Assembly (NCBI GenBank): GCA_965223085.1
Contig: OZ244981.1
Location: 4,289,161 to 4,353,160 of the forward strand
Length of the DNA stretch: 64,000 bases
Direction: 5' to 3'
Origin: Gammaproteobacteria bacterium
Lineage (GTDB): Bacteria; Pseudomonadota; Gammaproteobacteria; Ga0077536
Made by a program: the position numbers and the translations under genes. The notes beneath the pieces are model-generated. The model worked only from the letters and a program-made list of their open reading frames with translations. It was not told the DNA's origin and made no database searches. Positions 29,651-39,684 of the stretch are shown here, in pieces (the stretch's first letter is position 1; each line of letters starts with the position of its first letter).

Positions 29651-30109
29651 ACAACAACGCGGGTTAACCTGCCCTCCTCGCTGTGGTGCTGCGTTGACGA
29701 TGTTGATGTACCACCATCGAAAATCAAATAATCCTACTACATCAACCAAATGACACCAGGGCCGCAGTAGTGAACCGCTGCGATGCTGCTTAGATACGGT
29801 GTGCATCATCGCCAGCAGACGACACGACCGTTCTCAATTTATCGGCACCGGCGCCGTGAGCGCCTGGTGCAGTATCCGGGCTAGCCTGGATATTGCACGG
29901 GGACCGCGGATCATGACGCAGGGTAGTTTCATTTGAGCGACGAGCTGGAATCCAACGCATAGTCGCGCGTACCACCGCCGCACACGGCAAGCATAGGCGA
30001 TGACGCGCGCGTGAGATTGTTAAGGCTTTTTTGACACGAATGGTATGATATGAAACCACCCGTGTCGCAATACATCAGGCGGCGACGCGCACCCGATACT
30101 GGAGATTTC

Positions 30110-31207
30110 ATGATCCTTCGATTTCTGTTGATGTTGCTGTTCTTGGCCGCGTTGTTCGGCGGCATTGCCACATTGAAGATGAACCAAATCAAGGCATTGC
30201 AAACAAAGTTCGAAGTTCCACCGGCACCCTCCATGGTTGAGACAAGCACGGTCAAAGAAGATACTTGGGTACGCACGCTCAAAACCGTTGGCGCCATTAG
30301 CGCAGTGCAAGCAGTCGAGGTGGCGAGCGAAGTCAGCGGTTTAGTCACAGCAATTAAGTTTCGATCCGGCGAGACCGTGACACCGCGGCAGGTTTTGGTC
30401 GAGTTAGACGCCAGTGTCGATGTAGCCGAACTCAATGGTCTTATCGCCGAGCGCCGCCTCGCCGAAGTTCAATTCGAACGCATGGCGCGCCTGCTCAAAG
30501 ACCGCACCGTATCGCAGTCTCAGTACGACGAGGCGGCCGCGCGGCGCGAAGAAATTGTGGCCGCGGTGAGGGCAAAAAAAGCGCAGATCGCCAAGAAAAC
30601 CATTCGCGCGCCTTTCGCCGGCACACTCGGGCTACGCCGCGTCGATATTGGCGACTTCGTGCAACCCGGCACGGCGATGGTGACACTGCAAATGTTAAAA
30701 CCGATTTATGTAGACTACGCGGTGCCCGAGCGCTATTTACGTGCCATCGCAGTGGGTCAAGAAGTAACGCTCTCGGTGCAAGCCTATCCAGGCGACGTTT
30801 TCCAGGGTCGGGTCAAGGCGCTCGAGCCCAACATCGATCCAAATACTCGCAACGTGCGTGTACGCGCTGAACTTGCTAATGGTGACGAACGCCTCCGCCC
30901 CGGCATGTTCGCCGAGGTCTCCACCATCGGCGAGCAACACGACCGCGTCATTACCGTGCCTGAAATTGCGGTGAATTACACGCCTTACGGTAGTTCGGTA
31001 TTCGTTGTCGAAGGCACGGCGGAATCGCTCACCGCAACGCGCCGTCAAATCGAAACGGCCGGAGTACGAGACGGTCGCGTAGCAGTCACTAAAGGCTTAG
31101 ACGTTGATGATCTTGTCGTTACTGCAGGACACAATAAACTTCGTAACGGCATGCCGGTACGCTTGAAGAGCGGCGCCGAGCCTAGTTTAACCGGACCCAT
31201 AGAGTAA
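30110..31207 (+). CDS. efflux RND transporter periplasmic adaptor subunit (HlyD/MFP family)
   Basis: N-terminal TM anchor, alpha-hairpin/coiled coil, lipoyl and beta-barrel domains. Stop overlaps the start of the RND permease (ATGA at 31207). The ORF is open from 30050. Confidence 0.85.
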   Translation: MILRFLLMLLFLAALFGGIATLKMNQIKALQTKFEVPPAPSMVETSTVKEDTWVRTLKTVGAISAVQAVEVASEVSGLVTAIKFRSGETVTPRQVLVELDASVDVAELNGLIAERRLAEVQFERMARLLKDRTVSQSQYDEAAARREEIVAAVRAKKAQIAKKTIRAPFAGTLGLRRVDIGDFVQPGTAMVTLQMLKPIYVDYAVPERYLRAIAVGQEVTLSVQAYPGDVFQGRVKALEPNIDPNTRNVRVRAELANGDERLRPGMFAEVSTIGEQHDRVITVPEIAVNYTPYGSSVFVVEGTAESLTATRRQIETAGVRDGRVAVTKGLDVDDLVVTAGHNKLRNGMPVRLKSGAEPSLTGPIE

Positions 31208-34200
31208 TGACCTTTACCGATATCTTTGTGCGGCGGCCGGTCCTCGCAAGCGTGATTAGCTTAATGATCCTAGTGCTCGGCACACGCGCGGTAGTCTCAC
31301 TGGACTTACGACAATTTCCGAAGCTCGAAAACACGGTGGTTACCGTGAGCACGACCTACCCGGGTGCTAGCGCCGAGCTCATCAAAGGCTTCATTACCAC
31401 ACCCCTGCAGCAAGCAATAGCTGAAGCCGACGGTATCGATTACATGTCCTCTAGCAGTAAGCAAGGGGTGTCCTCAATCGACGTGACGATGAAACTCAAT
31501 TACGACGCCCACAGCGCTGTGTCAGAAATTCAGTCAAAGGTCGCGAGCCAGCGTAACGTATTGCCCGACGCTGCAGATGACCCTGTTATTCAATCGAAAA
31601 CGGGTGAATCGACTGCGTTGATGTACATCGCTTTCTATAGCGATACGATGACGTCACAACAAATTACTGACTACTTGCTACGCGTCGTACGCCCTCAGCT
31701 GCAAGCAATACCCGGGGTTGCGAGAGCGCAGATCTTCGGCAATCGTTTCTACGCCATGCGCGTGTGGTTGGACCCACGAAAAATGACCGGTTTGGGCGTG
31801 ACGGCGAGCGATGTTCGCAGCGCCTTGCAGGCAAATAACTACCTCGTCGGTGCCGGCTCGACGAAAAACAATCTGGTCACCGTCGATCTTAGCACCACGA
31901 CGGATATCAATCGGGTCGAAGATTTTCGCGATCTAGTGGTGCGCGCCGCCGACGGCATCGTCGTTCGCGTTGGTGATGTTGCCGAACTCGAGATGGGTGC
32001 CGCGAACTACGATTCAAACGCTTGGTATAAAACCAACACTGCGAGTTACATCGGCATCGAGCCGACGCCGGGTGCTAATCCCTTGACGGTTGCCCGAGCC
32101 GTGCGCGATCTAATGCCCGAACTTCGACAACAAATGCCGGATCCGCTGAAGGTTCACGTCCCTTATGACGCGAGTGAATTTATCGAACAATCGATCCAGG
32201 AAGTTTTCACGACCCTCGCTGAGGCCGTAGCAATCGTGCTGGTAGTCATTTTTCTTTCCCTGGGATCGATTCGGGCCGCCATCGTGCCGGCTGTGGCGGT
32301 GCCACTTTCGATCATCGGCGCGGCATTTTTGATGCTGTTGATGGAATTTTCGCTAAACACCCTGACCTTACTCGCCATGGTGCTAGCTATTGGGCTCGTG
32401 GTCGACGACGCCATCGTCGTTGTCGAAAACGTTCACCGCCACATGATCGAGGGCAAATCTGCTTTCGAAGCCGCTTTAGTCGGCGCCCGTGAGCTCCGCT
32501 TACCGATCATCGCGATGACAACGACTTTAATCGCCGTTTACGCACCGATCGGCTTCATGAGTGGTTTGGTCGGCTCACTGTTTACCGAATTTGCTTACGC
32601 CTTATCCGCTGCCGTACTTATTTCCGGTATCGTCGCGCTAACGTTGTCACCGATGTTATCCTCGAAAGTACTTCGCGAAGGCGCACCGGGTTGGTTTGAA
32701 CGTCAGGCAGAAAGCTTCTTTAACGCCATCGCAAACGCCTATCGCTACTTGTTGCATCATGCCTTGTCGTATATCCCGGTCACGATATTTTTCGGGTTTG
32801 CCATCTTGCTAAGCAACGTACCCATGTTTCTATTTAGCCAACAAGAGCTTGCGCCGAACGAAGACCAAGCGATCTTGTTTGTCCATGGCCGTGGACCTGA
32901 AGCCGCGAACTTAAATTATACGGAGACTTATGCGCGCGAAATCTTTGAGGCATACGAAACCGTTCCCGAATATAGTGAGAGTTTTTTTATTCTCGGTTTT
33001 GGAAACTCGCCGAACACGGTGTTTAGCGGCTTCAAGTTAACCCCGTCACTACAACGCAGCCGCTCACAATCGGAAATCCAACCGGAGTTACAGCAAAAAC
33101 TCAACGACGTTACGGGCTTTCAAACTGCGGTTTTTCCGCGCCCGAGCCTACCCGGATCATCGCGCGGTCTACCGCTGCAATTCGTCGTCTTGACTCCAGA
33201 GAACTACGCCGATCTGGATGCCGCGAGCGATGAACTGCTGGAGCAGGCGCTGGCGACAGGGCAGTTCATGTTTCTGCAGAAAAGTGTCGAATTTGCCCGT
33301 CCAAAAACGACCGTTGTCATCGATCGCGATCGTGCCGGCGTGCTCGGCGTGAAAATGGAAGACATCGGTCGCGAGCTTGCGACCTTATTGGGCGAGGGTC
33401 ACGCCAACTGGTTTAACCTGCAGGGCCGTAGTTACAAAGTTATTCCGCAAGCAAGCCTAGAATTCCGCGGTAACAAGCAGATGATCGAATCTTTCTACGT
33501 ACGCACCTCGAGCGGGAGACTCATGCCACTGTCGACGCTCGTGTCGTTCAAAGAAAGCGTCGAACCGAGTCAACTCACTCAATTCCAACAGCTCAATTCA
33601 CTTACGCTGCAAGGCTTAGCAACGCCCGGGGTGTCGATGGGTGGGGCGATCGAGACTTTAGAAAAGACGGCACGCGACGTGCTGCCACCGGGATACACTT
33701 GGGACTTCGCCGGTGTCTCACGCCAGTATGCGCAACAAGGTAACGTCCTATTGATAACGTTTTTTGTAGCCTTATTAGTTATCTACCTCGTACTCGCGGC
33801 GCAGTTTGAAAGCTGGCGCGACCCGCTCGTGATCATGATGTCGGTACCGATGTCGATTGCCGGGGCACTCGTGTTTGTCACTTTAGGGTTCGCGTCCATC
33901 AATATCTATACCCAGATAGGTCTTATAACTTTGATCGGATTGATCGCAAAAAATGGGATTTTAATCGTCGAATTTGCCAATCAACTGCAAATCGTCGCGG
34001 GCTTAAGCAAACGCGAAGCTATCGAACGCGGTGCGATGACACGCCTGCGTCCGATTATAATGACAACCGTCTCGATGATGGTTGCGATGGTACCCTTACT
34101 GCTCGCCACCGGTCCCGGCGCTGTAAGCCGCTCACATATTGGTCTCGTTATCATTGCCGGACTCGGGATCGGAACAGTATTTACGTTATTTGTGGTTCCT

Positions 34201-34296
34201 GCGTTCTACATGCTGCTAGCACGGGACCATAAAGCGCAACACGATGCCGAAGTCAAACGCGAGCAAGATTTGGGGCTCGCAGTGCAGGAGAGGTAA
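31207..34296 (+). CDS. efflux RND transporter permease (HAE1/AcrB family)
   Basis: 1029 aa with 12 TM helices and two large periplasmic loops, an AcrB-like N-terminus (FTDIFVRRPVLASVISLMILVLG) and a conserved TM4 region (GLVVDDAIVVVENV). Confidence 0.9.
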   Translation: MTFTDIFVRRPVLASVISLMILVLGTRAVVSLDLRQFPKLENTVVTVSTTYPGASAELIKGFITTPLQQAIAEADGIDYMSSSSKQGVSSIDVTMKLNYDAHSAVSEIQSKVASQRNVLPDAADDPVIQSKTGESTALMYIAFYSDTMTSQQITDYLLRVVRPQLQAIPGVARAQIFGNRFYAMRVWLDPRKMTGLGVTASDVRSALQANNYLVGAGSTKNNLVTVDLSTTTDINRVEDFRDLVVRAADGIVVRVGDVAELEMGAANYDSNAWYKTNTASYIGIEPTPGANPLTVARAVRDLMPELRQQMPDPLKVHVPYDASEFIEQSIQEVFTTLAEAVAIVLVVIFLSLGSIRAAIVPAVAVPLSIIGAAFLMLLMEFSLNTLTLLAMVLAIGLVVDDAIVVVENVHRHMIEGKSAFEAALVGARELRLPIIAMTTTLIAVYAPIGFMSGLVGSLFTEFAYALSAAVLISGIVALTLSPMLSSKVLREGAPGWFERQAESFFNAIANAYRYLLHHALSYIPVTIFFGFAILLSNVPMFLFSQQELAPNEDQAILFVHGRGPEAANLNYTETYAREIFEAYETVPEYSESFFILGFGNSPNTVFSGFKLTPSLQRSRSQSEIQPELQQKLNDVTGFQTAVFPRPSLPGSSRGLPLQFVVLTPENYADLDAASDELLEQALATGQFMFLQKSVEFARPKTTVVIDRDRAGVLGVKMEDIGRELATLLGEGHANWFNLQGRSYKVIPQASLEFRGNKQMIESFYVRTSSGRLMPLSTLVSFKESVEPSQLTQFQQLNSLTLQGLATPGVSMGGAIETLEKTARDVLPPGYTWDFAGVSRQYAQQGNVLLITFFVALLVIYLVLAAQFESWRDPLVIMMSVPMSIAGALVFVTLGFASINIYTQIGLITLIGLIAKNGILIVEFANQLQIVAGLSKREAIERGAMTRLRPIIMTTVSMMVAMVPLLLATGPGAVSRSHIGLVIIAGLGIGTVFTLFVVPAFYMLLARDHKAQHDAEVKREQDLGLAVQER

Positions 34297-35078
34297 TGTC
34301 CATGACGCAGGATCTTTTTGACTTGAGCGGGAAAGTCGCCTTGATCACCGGTGGCAGTCGTGGCCTCGGGCGAGAAATGGCGCTCGCGTTCGCAGAACAC
34401 GGCGCCGATGTAGCGATCGCAAGCCGCAAGATCGACCGATGTGAAGCGACCGCGAAAGAAATCGAAGCACGCGGCCAACGGGGGTTTGCGCACGCCTGCC
34501 ATGTCGGCAAGTGGGCCGACCTAGATCGCCTCGCTGCCGCCGTATACGCTCACTTCGGTCGCATCGATGTGCTGGTGAACAATGCCGGTTTATCACCGCT
34601 CTACGACTCCCTAGAGCAACTCAGCGAGGAGCTATTCGATAACGTCGTCGCGATCAACCTCAAGGGTCCGTTGCGCCTCAGCGCCCTCATCGGTCCGCGC
34701 ATGGCTGCGGGAGACGGCGGCAGTATTATCAATGTATCGAGCACCGCCGCGGTGACACCGAGTCCGAAATCGGAACCTTACGCCGCTGCCAAAGCCGGAT
34801 TGAACGAACTAACGCGCACGCTCGCCTACACCTACGCGCCGAAGGTACGCGTCAACTGCATTATGCCCGGGCCTTTCTTAACCGATATTTCTAAAGCCTG
34901 GGACCTGGAAAAATTTCAGCAACGCGCCGCAACACACATCCCACTACAGCGCGGCGGCGAACCCCAAGAAATCGTCGGCGCAGCATTGTATCTCGCCAGT
35001 AGCGCGTCGAGTTACACGACCGGTTCGATCATCGCTGTCGACGGCGGCTGCCAAGGCAATCCAGGACTGGTTGAATAG
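34296..35078 (+). CDS. SDR family oxidoreductase
   Basis: 260 aa with the TGGSRGLG cofactor motif, NNAG and a YxxxK catalytic region. Translationally coupled to the RND permease. Confidence 0.85.
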   Translation: MSMTQDLFDLSGKVALITGGSRGLGREMALAFAEHGADVAIASRKIDRCEATAKEIEARGQRGFAHACHVGKWADLDRLAAAVYAHFGRIDVLVNNAGLSPLYDSLEQLSEELFDNVVAINLKGPLRLSALIGPRMAAGDGGSIINVSSTAAVTPSPKSEPYAAAKAGLNELTRTLAYTYAPKVRVNCIMPGPFLTDISKAWDLEKFQQRAATHIPLQRGGEPQEIVGAALYLASSASSYTTGSIIAVDGGCQGNPGLVE

Positions 35079-35241
35079 CAAACTTTGTCTAAGTCCGACA
35101 GACCGCAAGTTGAGGATTTTACCCGGGGAGCGGGGATGCCGGTGCGCGCAGGTTCGTCTGGCGACCGCGCCGGAAACCGAATCATAACCGTAACGACGCT
35201 GAGGCTAAGGCGCGATGCCGAGTAAACGACCGCGACAGAAT

Positions 35242-36069
35242 TCATGACTTGGTTGGCTTACGGGCAAAAAAACGCGCGCAATAATCCTGAGGCTCATTGG
35301 TCTCATAGGCCGCCCGGAAGGCCGCGACGCCCGCCTCGATCGCCGTGCCGAGAGAGACTTCTTCCCAGTAGTTGATCAAGCGTTTTTGTGTCGTGATCGC
35401 GTAGGGTCCGCCGGCGAGAATATCGTCAACGATCTGCGCGACGACGTGCTCTAGTTCCGTGGCGCTTGCCAACTGCTCGATCAACCCGATGCGGTGTGCT
35501 TCGGTTGCCTCGATTACATGGCCGCGTAGCAGCAATTCTCGCGTCTTGCCCCATCCGATCAGTTGCGGCAACAGCGCCGCCTCGACGACCGAGGGCACAC
35601 CGACGCGCACTTCGGGCATCCCGAATGAGGCGCCAGCGGCGGCGATGCGAATATCGCAGGCCGCCGCGATCTCCAGCCCTGCGCCGAGACAGTAACCCTC
35701 GATGGCCGCGAGCGCCGGTGCCGAGCAACGACGTAGCGCCTCGCATACGCCATGAACCGCACGAATAAAGGATTCGGCCGTGACGCGATCCAGTACCGCC
35801 AATTCTCGCAAATCCGCACCACCGATCCACCCCCGGGCGCTGGGAAGTGCGGATCTCAGCACAATGGCGCGCACCGCTTCGTCATCCGCTAGCTCGTGCA
35901 GTACCTCACCCAAGGCTAACATCGTCTCGCGACCGAGCAAATTGAGCTCCGTGCGTCCACGAATACCGAGGATCACGACATCACCGTTGTCACGGTGTTC
36001 ACGTTGTAGCGTAGGTTCCATCCTCGGTCCCAACAGTAGCCCCTTAGCAGCCCTGTACCACCGTCGCAC
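35242..36069 (-). CDS. enoyl-CoA hydratase/isomerase (crotonase) family protein
   Basis: 275 aa with a crotonase fold (AAIEGYCLGAGLEIAAACDIRIAA, FGMPEVRVGV). Confidence 0.8.
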   Translation of the reverse strand: MRRWYRAAKGLLLGPRMEPTLQREHRDNGDVVILGIRGRTELNLLGRETMLALGEVLHELADDEAVRAIVLRSALPSARGWIGGADLRELAVLDRVTAESFIRAVHGVCEALRRCSAPALAAIEGYCLGAGLEIAAACDIRIAAAGASFGMPEVRVGVPSVVEAALLPQLIGWGKTRELLLRGHVIEATEAHRIGLIEQLASATELEHVVAQIVDDILAGGPYAITTQKRLINYWEEVSLGTAIEAGVAAFRAAYETNEPQDYCARFFARKPTKS

Positions 36070-36418
36070 GTGGTGGAGATACCGTCACGCGCACACCTCT
36101 ATCGGGGCGATCGGCGGCGCGTAGACAGACCAAAGCTTGGTCAGCGCTAATCCAACGTGCACCAATATTTTTGGTCGTAAAAGGAACACCATCATTTGCT
36201 AACGTCGTGGTCGACAAGCGCTGTGCCTGCGCCGCATCTTGAGGTTCTAGATAGACAACAACTTTGTGTGGTGAAAGTGGAAATGCTGGGGCGATGACGG
36301 TGACGAGCAAAGTGTGTTTTTTGTCTGGAGAGCGTAGACGCGTGAACACTTCTTCGCGTGATGCCTCGGAACATGCGAACAATAAAAGGAGCAATCCAAC
36401 AACGCTGCTTGCTCTCAT
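36044..36418 (-). CDS. hypothetical lipoprotein
   Basis: 124 aa with signal peptide plus lipobox (LLLLFAC|S). No recognised domain. Confidence 0.5.
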   Translation of the reverse strand: MRASSVVGLLLLLFACSEASREEVFTRLRSPDKKHTLLVTVIAPAFPLSPHKVVVYLEPQDAAQAQRLSTTTLANDGVPFTTKNIGARWISADQALVCLRAADRPDRGVRVTVSPPRATVVQGC

Positions 36419-36502
36419 GCAGGACGACCTAGTGGGTTATTTCCGCGGCGTGACGACGGTTAAGTCGCAGACTGTCACCGCGGTGAAATTTCAAGTATCT
36501 GC

Positions 36503-37513
36503 TCATTCCAGCAATTCTGCTAACGCAGCATCAATAAAATCCTGATCCGCAGCCATGACCCCGAAACCGGCCGCGTGCCCCCACAACGATGGCATAGCAC
36601 GCAATTCAGCGTTTGGCATCAATGCGACTTCTTGTTCGTTGTCGGCAACGCGAAAATAGAGATCCGTGGTACTCGGTATAACGATTGCGCGCGCCTCAAT
36701 CGCACCTAGCGCGGCCGCCAAATTCCCATTGTAGACCGGATTCGCGCTGATATCGCCGGCAAGCCACGTCGCCGCCATGGCAAGCAAATCATTCGCGTCG
36801 TTTTGCAAAAAATAGGTTTGGGTAAAACGCACCACGTCTTCGCGACTCCGCAACCCCAATTCCGTGTATCGCTTTTCGCGCATAAAATCCTGTGAGAACA
36901 GCCACGCAGCGTAGATCTTTGCGAACGCCAACAAGCCGCGCAGCGGTGGTGATTCATACCATCCATCCTGGAACGTCGCATCCAGCCGCAGCGCCGTGCA
37001 AGCGCTGTCCACAAAGAGATAATTGTGTTCCGAGGTTCGGGCAGAGCCGCAAATCGGAGCGATAGCAATGACTTTTTTGGGACTGAGTGCACCCCACTGA
37101 AATGCCTGTTGCGCGCCCATCGAAAATCCCGCCACCAAACGCAATTGCTGCGCACCTAATTCTTCAAATAGCAATTTTTGCTGGCACACTACGTTATCGT
37201 AGAGAGTAAACAACGGAAATGCGCCGCGGCCATGAGGTGCCAAGGTATTGCTCGGCGAGCTCGACAAGCCATTACCAAACATATTAGGTATCACGATAAA
37301 ATACCGCCTCGGATCGATAGGGCGATCAGGGCCAAGAAAATACTCTGTCTCGCCGTGCCTTCCACCGTAGAACGTCGGTATGACAACGACATTGTCGCGT
37401 GCCGCGTTGAGCTCGCCAAAAGTCTTATACGCGAGCCGCACGTCTAAGGTTACACCAGATTGCGTGGTGAACCCGGGAATTGCGTAAGTTTTGTAGTCGT
37501 TCACGGGTTGCAA
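36503..37513 (-). CDS. alpha/beta hydrolase (homoserine O-acetyltransferase MetX-like family)
   Basis: 336 aa with a nucleophile elbow GFSMGAQQAF and an N-terminal architecture similar to MetX-family acyltransferases. Confidence 0.6.
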   Translation of the reverse strand: MQPVNDYKTYAIPGFTTQSGVTLDVRLAYKTFGELNAARDNVVVIPTFYGGRHGETEYFLGPDRPIDPRRYFIVIPNMFGNGLSSSPSNTLAPHGRGAFPLFTLYDNVVCQQKLLFEELGAQQLRLVAGFSMGAQQAFQWGALSPKKVIAIAPICGSARTSEHNYLFVDSACTALRLDATFQDGWYESPPLRGLLAFAKIYAAWLFSQDFMREKRYTELGLRSREDVVRFTQTYFLQNDANDLLAMAATWLAGDISANPVYNGNLAAALGAIEARAIVIPSTTDLYFRVADNEQEVALMPNAELRAMPSLWGHAAGFGVMAADQDFIDAALAELLE

Positions 37514-37592
37514 TCAGGTTCAGTACGTGCTCAAAGTCCACATGGGATTAATTGTGCTCAGCAAACAAAATAATGCGTGAGGCATCATCGCG

Positions 37593-39215
37593 ATGACCAC
37601 CCTGCGACAGTGGTTTAACGATAACATTCTCGAGCTCGGTCGCGAAATACGGTTGTCGTTTCTACCACCGTTAATGGTTTACCTCGCGGCGGGTATTCAG
37701 GGCTTAACCGGAATAGTCGGAACTTTTTTCATTAAAGATTACCTCGGCTTATCCGCCGCATTCCTTGCAGCTCTAGGTTTCTGGGCTGGGATCCCGTGGG
37801 CGCTGAAGATGCCACTAGGTCATCTCGTCGACCTGCTGTGGCGCTATAAAGCGTTTTTTGTTTTTCTCGGTGCCGCCTTGGTCACGACGGGTCTGCTGAT
37901 TATGATCGGTTTGATCTCTGATCCCGTCGCGATGCGCCGCGTGTTGCCAGCTGAGCATTGGTTTGTCATCGCCGCACTGCTCTCACCGGTTGGTTACATG
38001 ATGCAAGACACCGTCGCCGACGCGATGACCGTCGAGGCAGTTCCACGTGTCGATGATAGCGGCCAGCCAGTCCCTGCCGCACAGCGGCGTTTAATGAACA
38101 CGACCATGCAAACCTTAGGTCGCGTCGCTATTGTCGGCGGAGGCGTTCTCGTCTCACTCGTCAACGTCTATATGTTTCGAAATGTTGAAACGCTCGCAGA
38201 AGCGGAACGCACCGCAATATATGCCGACGTCTACCGCCTCGCTTTGATCATTCCCGTGATTTCCGTGCTGGGAGTCATCCTCGCTTGGCGGCTAAAACGA
38301 CGCCGGATCTCGACTTTGCGAGCGCATGGCAAATCCCCAGCAGAAATTGCCGCGTTGTTGGACATTCACAGCGAAACGCCACAGCCGAACTGGTGGATAC
38401 TCGTTGGTAGTGCGATTTTTGTCGCGCTCACGCTTTTTATCGGCTTAGGCAAATTCACTTACGGCCAGGAACTGATCTTTTTGGGTTCCATGACGGTCGT
38501 CGGCGTCTTAATGTGGAAGTTGTTGCAAGAACTCGATGAGGCTGCACGTCGTACCTTGCTCGGCACGGCGATCATTATTTTTGCGTTTCGGGCACTACCG
38601 GGTCCTGGTGCTGGTTCTAGCTGGTGGATGATCGACGAATTGGGGTTCGACCAAGCATTTCTCGCCAAGCTCGCTTTGATCGCAAGCTGTTTGACGTTAG
38701 TTGGACTATTCGCCTTTCGCCGCTTGATGGCACAAGCATCGATCGCCTACATCGTTGCCTTGCTAACGATCATAGGATTTCTATTGGGCTTACCGATCAT
38801 AGGCATGTATTTCGGCCTCCATGAGTGGACCGCTGAGCTCACCGGTGGCCTCGTCGATGCTCGCTTCATCGCCTTAGTAGATACCGCATTGGAATCGCCG
38901 CTAGGACAAATATCCATGGTGCCGATGTTGGCCTGGATCGCCAACTCTGCGCCGCCACACCTGAAAGCGACTTTTTTCGCGGTCATGGCGTCGTTTACCA
39001 ACCTCGCCCTCTCAGCCGCGCAACTCGGTACAAAGTATCTCAATCTCCTGTTCACTGTGACCCGAGAAGTTCGTCACCCCGTCACCCAAGCCGTTACCCA
39101 AGCGGCCGACTACAGCGAGCTAGGGGCATTGCTGATCGTCGTGAGCGTGCTGGCCCTCGCCCTACCGCTATTCACCATTGCCGCAACCCGGGCGCTTGGT
39201 CTGCGGAGCGCCTAG
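37593..39215 (+). CDS. MFS-type polytopic transporter (BT1/folate-biopterin or PucC-like)
   Basis: 540 aa with ~12-14 TM helices and the N-terminal pattern GIQGLTGIVGTFFIKDYLGLS, reminiscent of the BT1 family. Confidence 0.55.
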   Translation: MTTLRQWFNDNILELGREIRLSFLPPLMVYLAAGIQGLTGIVGTFFIKDYLGLSAAFLAALGFWAGIPWALKMPLGHLVDLLWRYKAFFVFLGAALVTTGLLIMIGLISDPVAMRRVLPAEHWFVIAALLSPVGYMMQDTVADAMTVEAVPRVDDSGQPVPAAQRRLMNTTMQTLGRVAIVGGGVLVSLVNVYMFRNVETLAEAERTAIYADVYRLALIIPVISVLGVILAWRLKRRRISTLRAHGKSPAEIAALLDIHSETPQPNWWILVGSAIFVALTLFIGLGKFTYGQELIFLGSMTVVGVLMWKLLQELDEAARRTLLGTAIIIFAFRALPGPGAGSSWWMIDELGFDQAFLAKLALIASCLTLVGLFAFRRLMAQASIAYIVALLTIIGFLLGLPIIGMYFGLHEWTAELTGGLVDARFIALVDTALESPLGQISMVPMLAWIANSAPPHLKATFFAVMASFTNLALSAAQLGTKYLNLLFTVTREVRHPVTQAVTQAADYSELGALLIVVSVLALALPLFTIAATRALGLRSA

Positions 39216-39684
39216 CCCGGATATTGCACGAGAGGCTTGCGACGCGGTGTTTAGAAAAAAAACCGCCAGATGACCCACAGCGGGAAACCGAGCACCGCAA
39301 CGCTCGTCACCAGCAGCAACGCGAGATTTGTCGGGTCGACACCGTCGCGATTGAGCGCGCGCCAGTGTCGATCGCACCACGCCCCTTCTTGACCCGTGAT
39401 GGGATGAGGGCGCCGGTGCCCCGGCCGACCACATAAGGCACAGCGGCCACAATAGCCTACGGGCAACGGCGCGGCATCGTTTCGGTGGCGCGGCCGTTTT
39501 CCCGCACCACAGGCACAATCAGCGGTTTTCGCTCTCTTGCTCATAACCGCATTGTCAGTGACGGCGCATCCTGGCAGCAAGTGCGGCGTAGTCCTAGCGG
39601 CGCGGCCGTCGACCATGCAACAGAAATCGACGATTCATTAACCCCGCAACGGCCCTCCCTGCGTTCGTATGGATATCGCCCTGT

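Noticed and set aside
30026-30050. TTGACA...TATGAT as promoter of the RND operon
   Set aside because: The hexamers are only ~7 bp apart, which is incompatible with sigma-70 spacing. The likely true start codon is further downstream at 30110.
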